Virus record (IMG/VR): IMGVR_UViG_3300042265_000067
Location: 1 to 39,654 of that record
Length of the DNA: 39,654 nt
Strand: one strand, 5' to 3'
Source of the DNA: a virus
Lineage: Duplodnaviria; Caudoviricetes
Below, piece after piece: positions 1 through 9,231 of the stretch (within the stretch, counting starts at the first letter, position 1; each line of letters begins with the position of its first letter). Below the pieces are notes generated by a model. It was not told the DNA's origin. It did no database searches and saw only the letters and a list, made by a program, of their open reading frames with translations. The position numbers and the translations under genes are program-made.

Positions 1-453
1 GGTTTTGCGTCCGGGGCACCGACTCTGGACACATGGCTGAAGCGCAAGGCCAGTGCCAATCAGGCGTCGGGGGCCTCGCGGACCTATGTGCTGTGCCGGG
101 GCCTGCGGGTGGTCGGCTTTTACGCGTTGGCCGCCGGATCGGTCAGCCATGATCTGGCCCCTCGCAAGCTGAAGCAGAACATGCCCGACCCGGTTCCGGT
201 CATTGTGCTGGGCCGATTGGCGATTGACGCTTCCGAACAGGGCCATGGCCTCGGCCGCGCGCTTTTGCGCGATGCGGTGCTGCGGATCACGGCGGCGGCG
301 CATGAGGTGGGCATTGCGGCCATTCTGGTGCATGCGTTGAACGATCGCGCGAAGGCCTTTTACCTCGATGCGGGGTTTTCCGAGACGGCGGTGGAGCCGA
401 TGACGCTGTTCCTGCGGATCAAGGACGCCAAAGCGCTCTTGGGTGAGGGGTGA
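1..453 (+). CDS. GNAT acetyltransferase, TacT/AtaT-like toxin family (5' partial)
   Basis: Frame is open from base 1 (GFASGAPTLDTWLKRKA..SRTYV); VVGFYALAAGSV, MPDPVPVIVLGRLAID, QGHGLGRALL acetyl-CoA loop, VHALNDRAKAFY. Confidence 0.85.
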   Translation, partial: GFASGAPTLDTWLKRKASANQASGASRTYVLCRGLRVVGFYALAAGSVSHDLAPRKLKQNMPDPVPVIVLGRLAIDASEQGHGLGRALLRDAVLRITAAAHEVGIAAILVHALNDRAKAFYLDAGFSETAVEPMTLFLRIKDAKALLGEG

Positions 454-456
454 TCT

Positions 457-1086
457 TCACCGCCGGATCTCGATGAGCGGGATGGAGGTGATCGACCCGA
501 GCCGCTCAAGGTCGAGGGTGACGTCGAGCGTGTCGGTGTCAAACCGCACCGGCACGTCAAAAGCAAAGCCTGCGGTGATGATCACCCCGGCTGCGGGCGG
601 TTCGGCGAAGCTGACCACGCCGGTGTCGGTATCGACGCTCCATCCGGTGATCAGCTCGGTGCCGTCCAGCATCACCCGCACTGAGGCCGGGACTGGTTTT
701 GTGATGCTGCGCGCCCAGCTTTGCGCGCCCGAGATATAGCGTTTGATCAGCTGGAAGGTCGTGGCGAGACCATCACCCAGACCGATCTGCTGATCGGCGG
801 GCGTGTCTTGTTGCGAGGGCAGCCCGCTTTTGTAATCGGCCCAATCCTTGAAGCGAAACCCGTGCAGGCGGCCGCCTCTCGCCTCGAAGAACGCGACCAC
901 CGCCGCCAGATCATCGGCGCGGCGGATGCCGTAGGCCACATCATAACGGCGGCGCGAATTGGCCCAGCTGGCGTTGCGCTCCTCGTCACCTGAAGCCAGT
1001 TCCACCACCTGCGTGCGCCGTTCTGGCCCGCCGCGCGCCCCGCGGCTGATGTTGTCGGGAAACCGCACCTCGTGAAACGCCATCAT
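457..1086 (-). CDS. TIGR02217/DUF2460 family protein (GTA-type distal tail protein)
   Basis: MAFHEVRFPDNISRGARGGPERRT start, GFRFKDWAD and FDVPVRFDTD motifs; follows the tape measure gene. Confidence 0.88.
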   Translation of the reverse strand: MMAFHEVRFPDNISRGARGGPERRTQVVELASGDEERNASWANSRRRYDVAYGIRRADDLAAVVAFFEARGGRLHGFRFKDWADYKSGLPSQQDTPADQQIGLGDGLATTFQLIKRYISGAQSWARSITKPVPASVRVMLDGTELITGWSVDTDTGVVSFAEPPAAGVIITAGFAFDVPVRFDTDTLDVTLDLERLGSITSIPLIEIRR

Positions 1087-3530
1087 ATGCCCCTCTGGCC
1101 CAGCGACACCGCGCGGGCAATGTCGGCGGCGACCTGTGTTCTGGACTGCCGGAAGCTGTCGGTATCGCGGGCATTGATGGTGACATTGACGGCGGGTGCT
1201 GCGGACTGGCCTTGGCCAAAGCCAGCCGCCTCTCGACGCGACAGCACCCGTTCGCCGCGTTGCAGGATCGCCGGAACCTCGTCCGGGCGCAGCCCGGCAA
1301 AGCCACCCGAATGCATGCGCGGCGCATTGGCAAAGGCCAGCGCTGGCACCATGCGACCGGTGCCCGGCGATCCGACCACGCCGCCTGCGTGCAGGATACT
1401 GGCAAACAAGCCGCCCGCACCGCCCAACGCGCCGGAGAGCGCATTGGCGATCGGCCCCAGGATAAATCGCCGCGCCGCCAGCTTGGCCAGATCGGCGATC
1501 ATGGAAGTGACCAGATCGCCGAAGTCGAGCTTGCCGGTCTTCACAAACTCACCCACCGCGTTCTCGGCGCTCTGGAAGGCTCCGACCAGCGTGCTCCCGA
1601 TATCGCCCCCGATGTCGCGGGCCTTGGCAGCATAGTCGGCCAGTGTGGCGGTGACGGTGGCCCAGCCGGTCAGGGCGGTTTTTGCGCCCTCGGCGGTCGC
1701 TGTCCCGGCGGCCCGGCCAGCCGCCCCGGCACCCCCGGCGGCACGGCGCGTGCTTTCAAGTTCCTCGCTCAGCTTAGCGGCGGCGGCATCGGCTTTGGCC
1801 AGTGAGGCCTCTGCCTCCGCCCCGCTGCCGGTCATGGCATCGCGCAGCGCCTGCAAACTGGCGAGCGGCCGACCGGCGGCATCGGCGAGCATGCCCGCCG
1901 CCTCGCGAAACCCATCGGCGCGGGCGCGGGCATCCTCGGCCATCGCGCCGAGGCCAAGGTCTGGTGGGTCCAGGAAGCTGCGCGACAGCGCGGCAGAGAA
2001 GGCATCGGCTGCGGCAGTGCCAGCGGCTGTCGCGGCGCCCTCGAACGGGTTGCCGATCCGGCCCAGTCCCACCGGGTCGAGCGTGCCGATCCGCACACCG
2101 CCCTCGCCGGTCGCCCATTCCGGCAGCAGCGCCAGCGCCGCGTTAAGCCCTTCGATGAAGCGGTTGATGCGGGTGACGACACCATTCAGCATCGCCTCGA
2201 CACCGGAGATCAACCCGTTTGCCGCCTGAAACGCGAAGTCGCCGATGGTACCGGGCAGTCCGCCCCAGATCGCCACGGCGGCATCAAAGGCCCCCTGAAA
2301 GATCGCCGCAGTCCGGTCGCCGAATCTCACCACGCCCGCGATGGTGCCCTCGAGTTCTGACAGACCGGACGCCTTCAGCTCCTCCCAGCCTGCGGACATG
2401 CGCGCGAGCGCACCATCCAGTGCCAGACCCATGCGGGACCACACTTCCCTGGCCAGATCACCCAGCAGCCGGAACGCCGCGCCCACCCCGCCTGCGCCCG
2501 CGACCAGCCTTGTGAACTGGAACACCAGCTCGCCCGCACCGACGATCAGCGCGCCAATACCGGTGCGGATCAGGGCACCGCGCAGCACGACCAGTGCCGT
2601 CGCCAACCCGCGCACCGAAAGCGCCGCCGCTGCCAGCCCGGCCACCCAGCGCCCGGCCATGACGCCTGCAAAGGTCGCGGCGATGGACGTCAGCCGCCCG
2701 ATGTTGTCAAAAAGCGCCCGGATTGCGATGCCCAGCGGCCCAGAGGTGCGCGCCACGCTCGCCAGCGCATTGGCCACCGCCTCCAGCGCCGGGGCGGCCG
2801 CTACCGCCAGCTGGTTCGAGACCCCGCGCCAGATCAGCCCCAGCCGGGAGATCGCGTCATTGGTGCGCTCGATCTGGGCGGCGTCCTGATCAGAGACCGC
2901 CACTCCGAAATCGCGCACATCGTCGCTGGCCTGGCGCAACGTCGCCGTGTCGATCCGGGTGAACACCAGTGCTGCGCGGTCGCCGAAAAGCTGCGAGGCG
3001 ACAGCGGCGCGCTCGGCCTCTGGCACAAACTGGCCCAGCGCCTCCTGAATGGTGGCGATGCGTTGATCCAGCGGCAGGCGTTGCAGATCCTCAGCCGAGA
3101 GCCGCAGGCGGCGCAGGGCGTCCACGGCGGGGCCGGTCCCGGCAGCCGCCTGAGACAGCCGCCGCGTCAACTGCACGGTGGCCTGTTCGACCTGACCCAT
3201 CGACACGCCCGCCAGATCGCCTGCGCGTTCCAGCACCTGAATGCTGGCCACGGTCGTGCCGAGTGAGGCCGCGAGCTTGGCCTGCGCGTCCACCGTTTGC
3301 AGCCCCGAGCGGATCATCGCGGCCCCGGCAGCGGCCAGCGCGGCGGTGGCAGCGGCCGCAGCCAGCGTGGCGCGGCGGGCGAATGCGGCGACGCGGGCAT
3401 TGGCCAGATCCATCTCGCGGCTGAGACGGCCAAAGCCGCGCGCGCCAGCCGCGCCCACGCCCTCCAGCTCGGCGCGCACCTGGCGGCCGCCTTCCGCCAC
3501 GAGGCGGACAGAGACCCTCTTCTCAGCCAT
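1083..3530 (-). CDS. Phage tail tape measure protein
   Basis: 815 aa Ala/Gly-rich helical protein; lambda-type C-terminal segment (FVKTGKLDFGDLVTSMIADL); position after tail chaperone. Confidence 0.9.
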   Translation of the reverse strand: MAEKRVSVRLVAEGGRQVRAELEGVGAAGARGFGRLSREMDLANARVAAFARRATLAAAAATAALAAAGAAMIRSGLQTVDAQAKLAASLGTTVASIQVLERAGDLAGVSMGQVEQATVQLTRRLSQAAAGTGPAVDALRRLRLSAEDLQRLPLDQRIATIQEALGQFVPEAERAAVASQLFGDRAALVFTRIDTATLRQASDDVRDFGVAVSDQDAAQIERTNDAISRLGLIWRGVSNQLAVAAAPALEAVANALASVARTSGPLGIAIRALFDNIGRLTSIAATFAGVMAGRWVAGLAAAALSVRGLATALVVLRGALIRTGIGALIVGAGELVFQFTRLVAGAGGVGAAFRLLGDLAREVWSRMGLALDGALARMSAGWEELKASGLSELEGTIAGVVRFGDRTAAIFQGAFDAAVAIWGGLPGTIGDFAFQAANGLISGVEAMLNGVVTRINRFIEGLNAALALLPEWATGEGGVRIGTLDPVGLGRIGNPFEGAATAAGTAAADAFSAALSRSFLDPPDLGLGAMAEDARARADGFREAAGMLADAAGRPLASLQALRDAMTGSGAEAEASLAKADAAAAKLSEELESTRRAAGGAGAAGRAAGTATAEGAKTALTGWATVTATLADYAAKARDIGGDIGSTLVGAFQSAENAVGEFVKTGKLDFGDLVTSMIADLAKLAARRFILGPIANALSGALGGAGGLFASILHAGGVVGSPGTGRMVPALAFANAPRMHSGGFAGLRPDEVPAILQRGERVLSRREAAGFGQGQSAAPAVNVTINARDTDSFRQSRTQVAADIARAVSLGQRGI

Positions 3531-3852
3531 CGCGGCTTCCTTCCATCTGTTCGTTGAGTTTGCGCACCATCACCGCCTCGATCTCGGGCAGCAGTTCGGC
3601 GGCGACGAGGGGGGCGATGCCCAGTGCGCGAGCGAGGGCAATTGCCGCGCCCATGTCCCAGCCCAGGACCGCGCCGGGGATCACCCGCAGCTGGCCGCCA
3701 AGGCGGCCGACCAGATCCCAGATCTGCCAGCCCTCGAAGCTCTGCGGACGGTTCAGCCGCGCCGGGCAGTCCGGGCAGGTTTGCGTGCAGGCCTGGCAGT
3801 ATCGCTCGCCTCCGCCGAAGGACCACTCGGCAAGGGCGCAGAGCCGTTTTTT
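3523..3852 (-). CDS. Tail assembly chaperone -1 frameshift extension (gpGT-like)
   Basis: Stop-free -1 frame from the slippery site: KKRLCALAEWSFGGGERYCQACTQTCPDCP...EQMEGSRDG*, whose stop overlaps the tape measure start. Confidence 0.75.
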   Translation of the reverse strand, partial: KKRLCALAEWSFGGGERYCQACTQTCPDCPARLNRPQSFEGWQIWDLVGRLGGQLRVIPGAVLGWDMGAAIALARALGIAPLVAAELLPEIEAVMVRKLNEQMEGSRDG

Positions 3853-4193
3853 TCCGCGTCCAGAATAAGACCCCGCGCGACATAGGAGGTCTGGAAGGCT
3901 TCAAAAACCGGCCAGATCTCCAGCAGGGCATCGATGCCTTCCGGCGAAACGGGGATGATGTTGCCCGCGTCATCGCCGACACCTTCCCAGTCGAGCACGG
4001 CGCGGCGGGCGACGGCTTTGGCCATGGCCAGCGCCAGGTCTTCCTGGCTGGCATCCTGGGGCAGGGCCTCGACGGCGGCATCGGCGCGGGCCGAGACCAT
4101 CAGCGCGGTGGTCAGAGGTGCGACCCGCAGGCGCAGGCCGGGGGCAAGCTCCAGCCATTCGGGGCTGGCGGTCAGGTTCAGGCGGATCATCAA
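3753..4193 (-). CDS. Tail assembly chaperone (gpG-like)
   Basis: Between tail tube and tape measure; VLDWEGVGD motif; contains the EKN slippery codons. Confidence 0.8.
   Translation of the reverse strand: MMIRLNLTASPEWLELAPGLRLRVAPLTTALMVSARADAAVEALPQDASQEDLALAMAKAVARRAVLDWEGVGDDAGNIIPVSPEGIDALLEIWPVFEAFQTSYVARGLILDAEKNGSAPLPSGPSAEASDTARPARKPARTARRG
3846..3852 (-). promoter_or_regulatory. Programmed -1 ribosomal frameshift heptamer A AAA AAC
   Basis: GCG GAA AAA AAC GGC on the minus strand fits X XXY YYZ in the correct frame. Confidence 0.75.
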
Positions 4194-5131
4194 TAGGCCT
4201 CCACATCATTGATCAGGGTTGCGGTGCACATGCGGCCAAGGGTGCTGTCGCGCGCTGCCTGCCAGTCGAAGGTGGCCTGCACGCCCTGCGGTCCGGAAAT
4301 CTCGATGCGGGGACGGGGCAGATAGACGGCGTGCACGGTGAAGCTGAAACTTTCGCCCGTGGGCAGGACATAGGCGAAACTGATCTCGGCGGGATCGCCG
4401 TTGATCGCCTGGCTCACCAGCGTGCTGTCCGCAAAGCGGACCTCAATCCGCCCCGTGAGTGCTGCGATGCTCGGGTCGGCCCCGTCGATCCTGCCGTCGC
4501 TGCGGATGGTCTCGATCCGGTCGAGGTTGTTGGCATAGGTGATCTCGGCCGAGACCACATTGCCCAGCGCCGTGCCATTCCGGCTGATCGCGCCGTTGAA
4601 ATGGCCAAACCGCTTCAGCGCCTGATCGGCGGGCGTGCCCGCGCTGGTTGTCGTGGCGATGACTTCACCCTGCGCCACCAGCCGGGCGGTGGCCGTCAGC
4701 AGCCCCGAGCGCTGCACCTGCCAGCTGAGCTGATCCAGCACGCAGCCGGAATACATCGCAAAGCGCGGCACCTCGGGCATGCCGGTCTCGATGGACATCG
4801 AGGGCAGTTCCCATGCGCCCGATCGGAACTCATGGGTGTAGGGTGCCGCCGCGCCGGTTGTAACCGGATCGCCAAACGCCGCCTTGAGCCAGAACCCGAA
4901 CCCCGCGGCATCGATCGGCACCACCACATCGCCATCCGCCGTCACCGCGTCCTTGATCGGGGCGAGGGGATCGCGGCCATAGCCCAGGAGTTCGCTGTTC
5001 AGCAGCGGCTGTTCCGATCCGAGCGAGGTGCTGGCGAAGGGCATCCTGGTAAAGCCGCCAGCGGGCGGGGTGCCGTAAACTGTCTCAAAGCCGAGCGCCA
5101 TCTGCGCCCGCGCGCCTTGCGCACGTGCCAT
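4190..5131 (-). CDS. Major tail tube protein
   Basis: MARAQGARAQMALGFETVYGTPP start typical of this family; size and position. Confidence 0.85.
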   Translation of the reverse strand: MARAQGARAQMALGFETVYGTPPAGGFTRMPFASTSLGSEQPLLNSELLGYGRDPLAPIKDAVTADGDVVVPIDAAGFGFWLKAAFGDPVTTGAAAPYTHEFRSGAWELPSMSIETGMPEVPRFAMYSGCVLDQLSWQVQRSGLLTATARLVAQGEVIATTTSAGTPADQALKRFGHFNGAISRNGTALGNVVSAEITYANNLDRIETIRSDGRIDGADPSIAALTGRIEVRFADSTLVSQAINGDPAEISFAYVLPTGESFSFTVHAVYLPRPRIEISGPQGVQATFDWQAARDSTLGRMCTATLINDVEAY

Positions 5132-5155
5132 GGGGGTCTCCTGTTGTTGGGGGTG

Positions 5156-5578
5156 TCAGGCCAAGGGGCCGGGGTTGGTGTAATGCAAGACGATGGTGAT
5201 CACCGCAGCTTTGAGGGCCGCCGCGCCCTCGATGGGCAGATCGACCGAGGCCGGGGCTTCGGGTTCAGCCCAGTCGCAGAGGCCGCCCAGTGTGCGGTCG
5301 GCCTCCAGCGCCGCGCCGATGGCGGCGATCAGGTCGTCGAAGGCACTGGCCCTGCCGGTGCCAGCCTGGACAACCACCTCCAGCTCGGCCCGGTGCTGGT
5401 AGTGGTAGCGCAAGGGCGACAGTGTCACCTCGGGCTCGCCCGGCTGGCCATCGCGCAGGATGATCAAGCCGGTTGCCGGGATCCGCTCGGGCAGTACATC
5501 ATCGCGCAGCACAAGGGCGGCAAGTGGTTGCAGCCGCGTGTGCAACGCGGCGAGGACGGTTTCGCGGGTGGTGGGCAT
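5156..5578 (-). CDS. Putative tail terminator/completion protein
   Basis: 140 aa, immediately upstream of the tail tube; MPTTRETVLAAL and ADRTLGGLCDW motifs. Confidence 0.7.
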   Translation of the reverse strand: MPTTRETVLAALHTRLQPLAALVLRDDVLPERIPATGLIILRDGQPGEPEVTLSPLRYHYQHRAELEVVVQAGTGRASAFDDLIAAIGAALEADRTLGGLCDWAEPEAPASVDLPIEGAAALKAAVITIVLHYTNPGPLA

Positions 5579-5768
5579 TGGGTGAACCTTGACCGATTGG
5601 GAACGATGTTGGGCTCAGCGAACCTTGCCCAGCGGGCGAAGGAGAAGCGCCAGATCGCGTTTTCTCGACAACCTGCTTATAGGGCGCATCTGTTGTGCGA
5701 GGATATCTGGGATAGCGGCAACCGAAGCCGAGCGCTAAGCTCTTCTTCAAATCGAACATTTTCTTGGA

Positions 5769-6725
5769 GTGCCGACATTGGGTAGCGTGAAAGAATATTA
5801 TCACGATGAGCTTTCGATGGGGGCTCAACGCTGGGTTTCAGATGTTTTTTTCATTTGTCCTGTCTGCGCAAACGAAATCCGGCAGGAGGTCGATGTGCCG
5901 GAGCCCAACTACGCCGGAGAAAAATCTAGCGAGATGGTCTCGGAAGGGGAGGTCGAGATCCATTGCGACGGTTGCGACAACTACTTCGACGGCGACGCTT
6001 GGGCGGGCCCGGCCCATTGTGACATCACGCTACGAGACTACCCTGAGACGACGGTATCATGCGATCCGCCCGGTTACGACCGACCTCCTGAAGATTGGGA
6101 CGATTGGAAGGTCCCCGATGATCCAGCAAGCGTTTTCAAGGCAAACGTCACTGAACTCCACCTTTTGATCGATCAACAGGCTCAGGCCGACGGTTATAGC
6201 CTCATGAACCGTATGATCTTTGCGCAAATTCTGACATTCTTGGAGGCGTATTTTTGCGACACGCTCATTTCCGGACTCCGTCAACGTCCAGACCTATTGG
6301 TAAATTTTGCGGAACGAGATGGCTCCATATCGCAAACGGGTTTCAGCGCATCCGCTATACTTCGCGACCCGGACCACGTTCGAAAGGCGGTTGAGCACAA
6401 CCTGAAATCGAGGCTCTACCATCAATTTGGAAGCGGGAAGGCCGACGGAAAAGGAAAGCCGAAGGCCGAGGGAGTCCCCCTATGGTATGCGATGGCTTTT
6501 GGGTTCTCACTTGCAGCAACAGATGATGATTTGAAGTCGCTTAGAGAATACGCAGCGCTGCGCCACGATTGCGTTCATCGAAACGGCAAGACGAAAGATG
6601 ACAAGGTTCTAAACCTGTTCGATAAGACCTATCTGATGAAGGCATTGGCGCTGGCTGAGCGCATCGTGAACCACATCGAGGCATCTATTCGGTCGTTACC
6701 TCCGGTAAAGCCAGAACCATTCTGA
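5769..6725 (+). CDS. Moron: Zn-ribbon + HEPN (Rx4H) domain protein; start uncertain (possibly ATG 5817)
   Basis: Opposite strand, visibly more A/T-rich than flanks; CPVC..CDGC; ILTFLEAY helix; LRHDCVHRNG. Confidence 0.7.
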   Translation: MPTLGSVKEYYHDELSMGAQRWVSDVFFICPVCANEIRQEVDVPEPNYAGEKSSEMVSEGEVEIHCDGCDNYFDGDAWAGPAHCDITLRDYPETTVSCDPPGYDRPPEDWDDWKVPDDPASVFKANVTELHLLIDQQAQADGYSLMNRMIFAQILTFLEAYFCDTLISGLRQRPDLLVNFAERDGSISQTGFSASAILRDPDHVRKAVEHNLKSRLYHQFGSGKADGKGKPKAEGVPLWYAMAFGFSLAATDDDLKSLREYAALRHDCVHRNGKTKDDKVLNLFDKTYLMKALALAERIVNHIEASIRSLPPVKPEPF

Positions 6726-6791
6726 TTATGTGGTGAGTTACCCGAACCGTTCATTGCCCCGGGACCCCGTTGCGGAAGATGGTTGCCCACC

Positions 6792-7409
6792 CTACACCCA
6801 TCCCGCCACGATCCGCCCCGGTACGCCGTCCACCACTCGCTCCGCATCCCGCGCCAGATCCAGCCGCTTTCGTAGTTTGACCTGCGGCACCAGCAGGAAG
6901 ATCGGCACTGTGGTCAGCCCACGACCTGTTTTTGAGCGCGACGCCACCGCGCGCCCCTTGGTGTTCAACCGCCCCTCTGCGACCAGCAAGCTCGGCCCGC
7001 GACGACGGAAAACAAACCGCAGCCGCAGCCCGGTGCGGCGTTCCCATTCACCGGGGGTGATGCGGCCGCCTTTGCTGCTCTTGCCTGCAGCCGGAGTGGG
7101 GATCGCCAGCCAGAACCCATTCCTGGACCTGATCAGCGGCCCCGTGTCATGCGCGCCGATGATCACCGGGGCCTTGGACCAGACCAGCGCCGCCGCGTTC
7201 AGGCTGTCTCCAGATTTGGGAAAGCTGGCGAGGCGGATGCTGTTGCCAAGCCGGGTGCCGAGGCCAGCGCCGGTGATCTGACCGCGCCAAGCGGATTTCA
7301 AGGAGGTGCCCGCCTCGCGCATCGCAGCTGACACCGCTTTTTCACCGGCGGCGATCTCCGCCTGCATCAGCGCGACGAGGTCCGGATCGAATGCGATTTT
7401 CAACTTCAT
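6792..7409 (-). CDS. Phage neck/tail-completion protein (DUF6441-like)
   Basis: Basic 205 aa protein between head-tail joining and tail terminator genes; IIGAHDTGPLIRS..WLAIPTP. Confidence 0.75.
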   Translation of the reverse strand: MKLKIAFDPDLVALMQAEIAAGEKAVSAAMREAGTSLKSAWRGQITGAGLGTRLGNSIRLASFPKSGDSLNAAALVWSKAPVIIGAHDTGPLIRSRNGFWLAIPTPAAGKSSKGGRITPGEWERRTGLRLRFVFRRRGPSLLVAEGRLNTKGRAVASRSKTGRGLTTVPIFLLVPQVKLRKRLDLARDAERVVDGVPGRIVAGWV

Positions 7410-7720
7410 GATGGCCGCAAGTCCAGTGACCAGATCAGGCGCTCGCGGTCACGGACAGGCTCCCCTTGGATGGTGAAGCTGTCGGTGCCGATCACGATCA
7501 GATCGCCGGGGCGGGGATCGGGCAGGTCGGACACGCGGACCTCGACTATCATGGTGTCGCTGACAAAGCGCGCGGCACCAAATTCGGTGATGCGATCCGG
7601 GGCGCGGCGGATGACGCGGATCGGGTGTTCCTCTGATGTGGTCGCAGATATCCAGACAGCCGCCGCCGCCATGGACGGGTTGGCATAGATCCGGTCCATG
7701 GCGGTGGCGAAGACGGTCAT
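7406..7720 (-). CDS. Head-tail joining (head closure) protein
   Basis: 104 aa after the capsid gene; PRPGDLIVIG..FTIQGEP..DRERLIW. Confidence 0.75.
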   Translation of the reverse strand: MTVFATAMDRIYANPSMAAAAVWISATTSEEHPIRVIRRAPDRITEFGAARFVSDTMIVEVRVSDLPDPRPGDLIVIGTDSFTIQGEPVRDRERLIWSLDLRPS

Positions 7721-7738
7721 GATGATTTCTGCCGCTGA

Positions 7739-8761
7739 TCAGTTCGACGTGTGAATGCGGATTGCGATGCGCGGGCGCTTGTTGACCGGCAGGATCGAGG
7801 CTTCCGTCATCAGGTCGATCCAGCGGCCCTTCTCGTCGAGATGCTGACGGGCGTAGAGCGGCAGGCCGAGGGTGTTGGCCGCCTCCAGCAGGTTGGCCGG
7901 GCCGCCATAGGTGGTGAACGTGTCCATGGTGCCGAGCGGGAACGCGATGCCCTCACTGGCCGGGATCAGCCGTTCGGTGGCCTTGGTGGACAGGGTGACG
8001 GTGCCCGCATACTCCTCGAACACGATGCCTGCGAAGGGGAAATTGCGGCGCACATCCTGGCGCAAGGGCTGCGCGCCGGTGGCGGCATAGAACTTGTAGG
8101 CCTCCTCGGTCTTGGGATGCGCGATCAGCTTGTCGAAGAATTCCCGGCTGACGAGGGCATGCACGTCGGTCATGCTCTCACCAAGCAGGTTGTCTTCCAT
8201 CGACCGCAGCACCTCGCGCACCTTGCCCTGCACATTGGTGCCTGCGGTGCCCAGAAGGAAATCCACCGAGATTTGCGCCAGGCCAAACTCGGTGAAGTAA
8301 TTGTAGAGGGTTGTCCCGGCCCCGTCCTTCACGATGCCGCGCAGCGCATTCATCTCCATGTATTCGCGGGTCTGGGCGTGCTTGCGGCGCATCAGCTGCA
8401 GCTTGCGGTTCATCACCTCGACCAGCGGATCGGCGCCGTCGAAAACGCCCAGCGCCGGTTGCCCCTGAATGTCGCCGGGCAGAATGACATCGTCATGCGG
8501 GATCCACGGCAGGGCGAAGGACCGCATCGAGCGCCCCTCGCGGGTGCCGACGGTAGCGGGACCACCCAGCGGCACCGAGGGCAGCAGGTTCAGCACGCCT
8601 TCGTATTGCTCGATGATGACGGAGCGTTGGGAGACGCCCTCAAAACGGAACAGGCCGATCTGGCCGAGGCGGGTGTAGAGATTGGGCAGGATGTTGATGG
8701 CCTGCGTCATCTCGGCCAGCGAGTAGCCGCCAGCGTCAAAGGGATTGCGAACAAGGGTCAT
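7739..8761 (-). CDS. Major capsid protein (lambda gpE-like)
   Basis: 340 aa after the decoration protein; HAQTREYM, FPFAGIVFEEY, EASILPVNKRP motifs. Confidence 0.9.
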   Translation of the reverse strand: MTLVRNPFDAGGYSLAEMTQAINILPNLYTRLGQIGLFRFEGVSQRSVIIEQYEGVLNLLPSVPLGGPATVGTREGRSMRSFALPWIPHDDVILPGDIQGQPALGVFDGADPLVEVMNRKLQLMRRKHAQTREYMEMNALRGIVKDGAGTTLYNYFTEFGLAQISVDFLLGTAGTNVQGKVREVLRSMEDNLLGESMTDVHALVSREFFDKLIAHPKTEEAYKFYAATGAQPLRQDVRRNFPFAGIVFEEYAGTVTLSTKATERLIPASEGIAFPLGTMDTFTTYGGPANLLEAANTLGLPLYARQHLDEKGRWIDLMTEASILPVNKRPRIAIRIHTSN

Positions 8762-8809
8762 GGGGTGCTCCGGGGGAATGAGGGAAGGGGCGCGACTGGC
8801 TGGTCAGCG

Positions 8810-9190
8810 TCAGACGCCGTCGCGGGCGATGATGCCGACGGCGGCCAGCTGGGCGATCTTGGCAGTGATCTTGGTGCTGTCATCGACGGTGGCCTCGTAG
8901 GCGAGGCCCGCGCGCGACACGATCGCGGGGCCACGGGCGACGACGATGCCGGTGGCATCCGCCAGCGTGGCATCGACAGCGTAAAGCAGCACGGCGCTGG
9001 CGACCTGCGACCCATCCGTCCCGGTCGCGGGTGACAGGGTGTATTTGCCGCTGGCGGTGATCTTCCCCAGCACCGAGCCGACCGGGTAGGGCATGCCGAT
9101 CAGCAGAGTGACCACCTCGCGGGTGTAGTTCGGGTTGACCTCATATTTGAGGACATCGCCCATGCTGGGCGGTTCCGTCAGGACGGGCAT
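8810..9190 (-). CDS. Head decoration protein (gpD-like)
   Basis: YTREVVTL, GSVLGKITASGKY, AVLLYAVDA; between protease and capsid genes. Confidence 0.88.
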   Translation of the reverse strand: MPVLTEPPSMGDVLKYEVNPNYTREVVTLLIGMPYPVGSVLGKITASGKYTLSPATGTDGSQVASAVLLYAVDATLADATGIVVARGPAIVSRAGLAYEATVDDSTKITAKIAQLAAVGIIARDGV

Positions 9191-9231
9191 TGGTCAGTCT
9201 CCATGGTTTTTGGGTGGGGTGGGGCGCTGGG

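Noticed and set aside
5156-5578. 'Acyl-CoA transferase' label that I recall being attached to this family
   Set aside because: No enzyme motifs; size and position fit a tail terminator
4118-5785. 555 aa plus-strand ORF and similar long ORFs (7751-9034, 10890-12143, 32059-33168, 35968-37281, 37324-39354)
   Set aside because: Antisense shadows of well-supported genes, expected in high-GC DNA; no motifs
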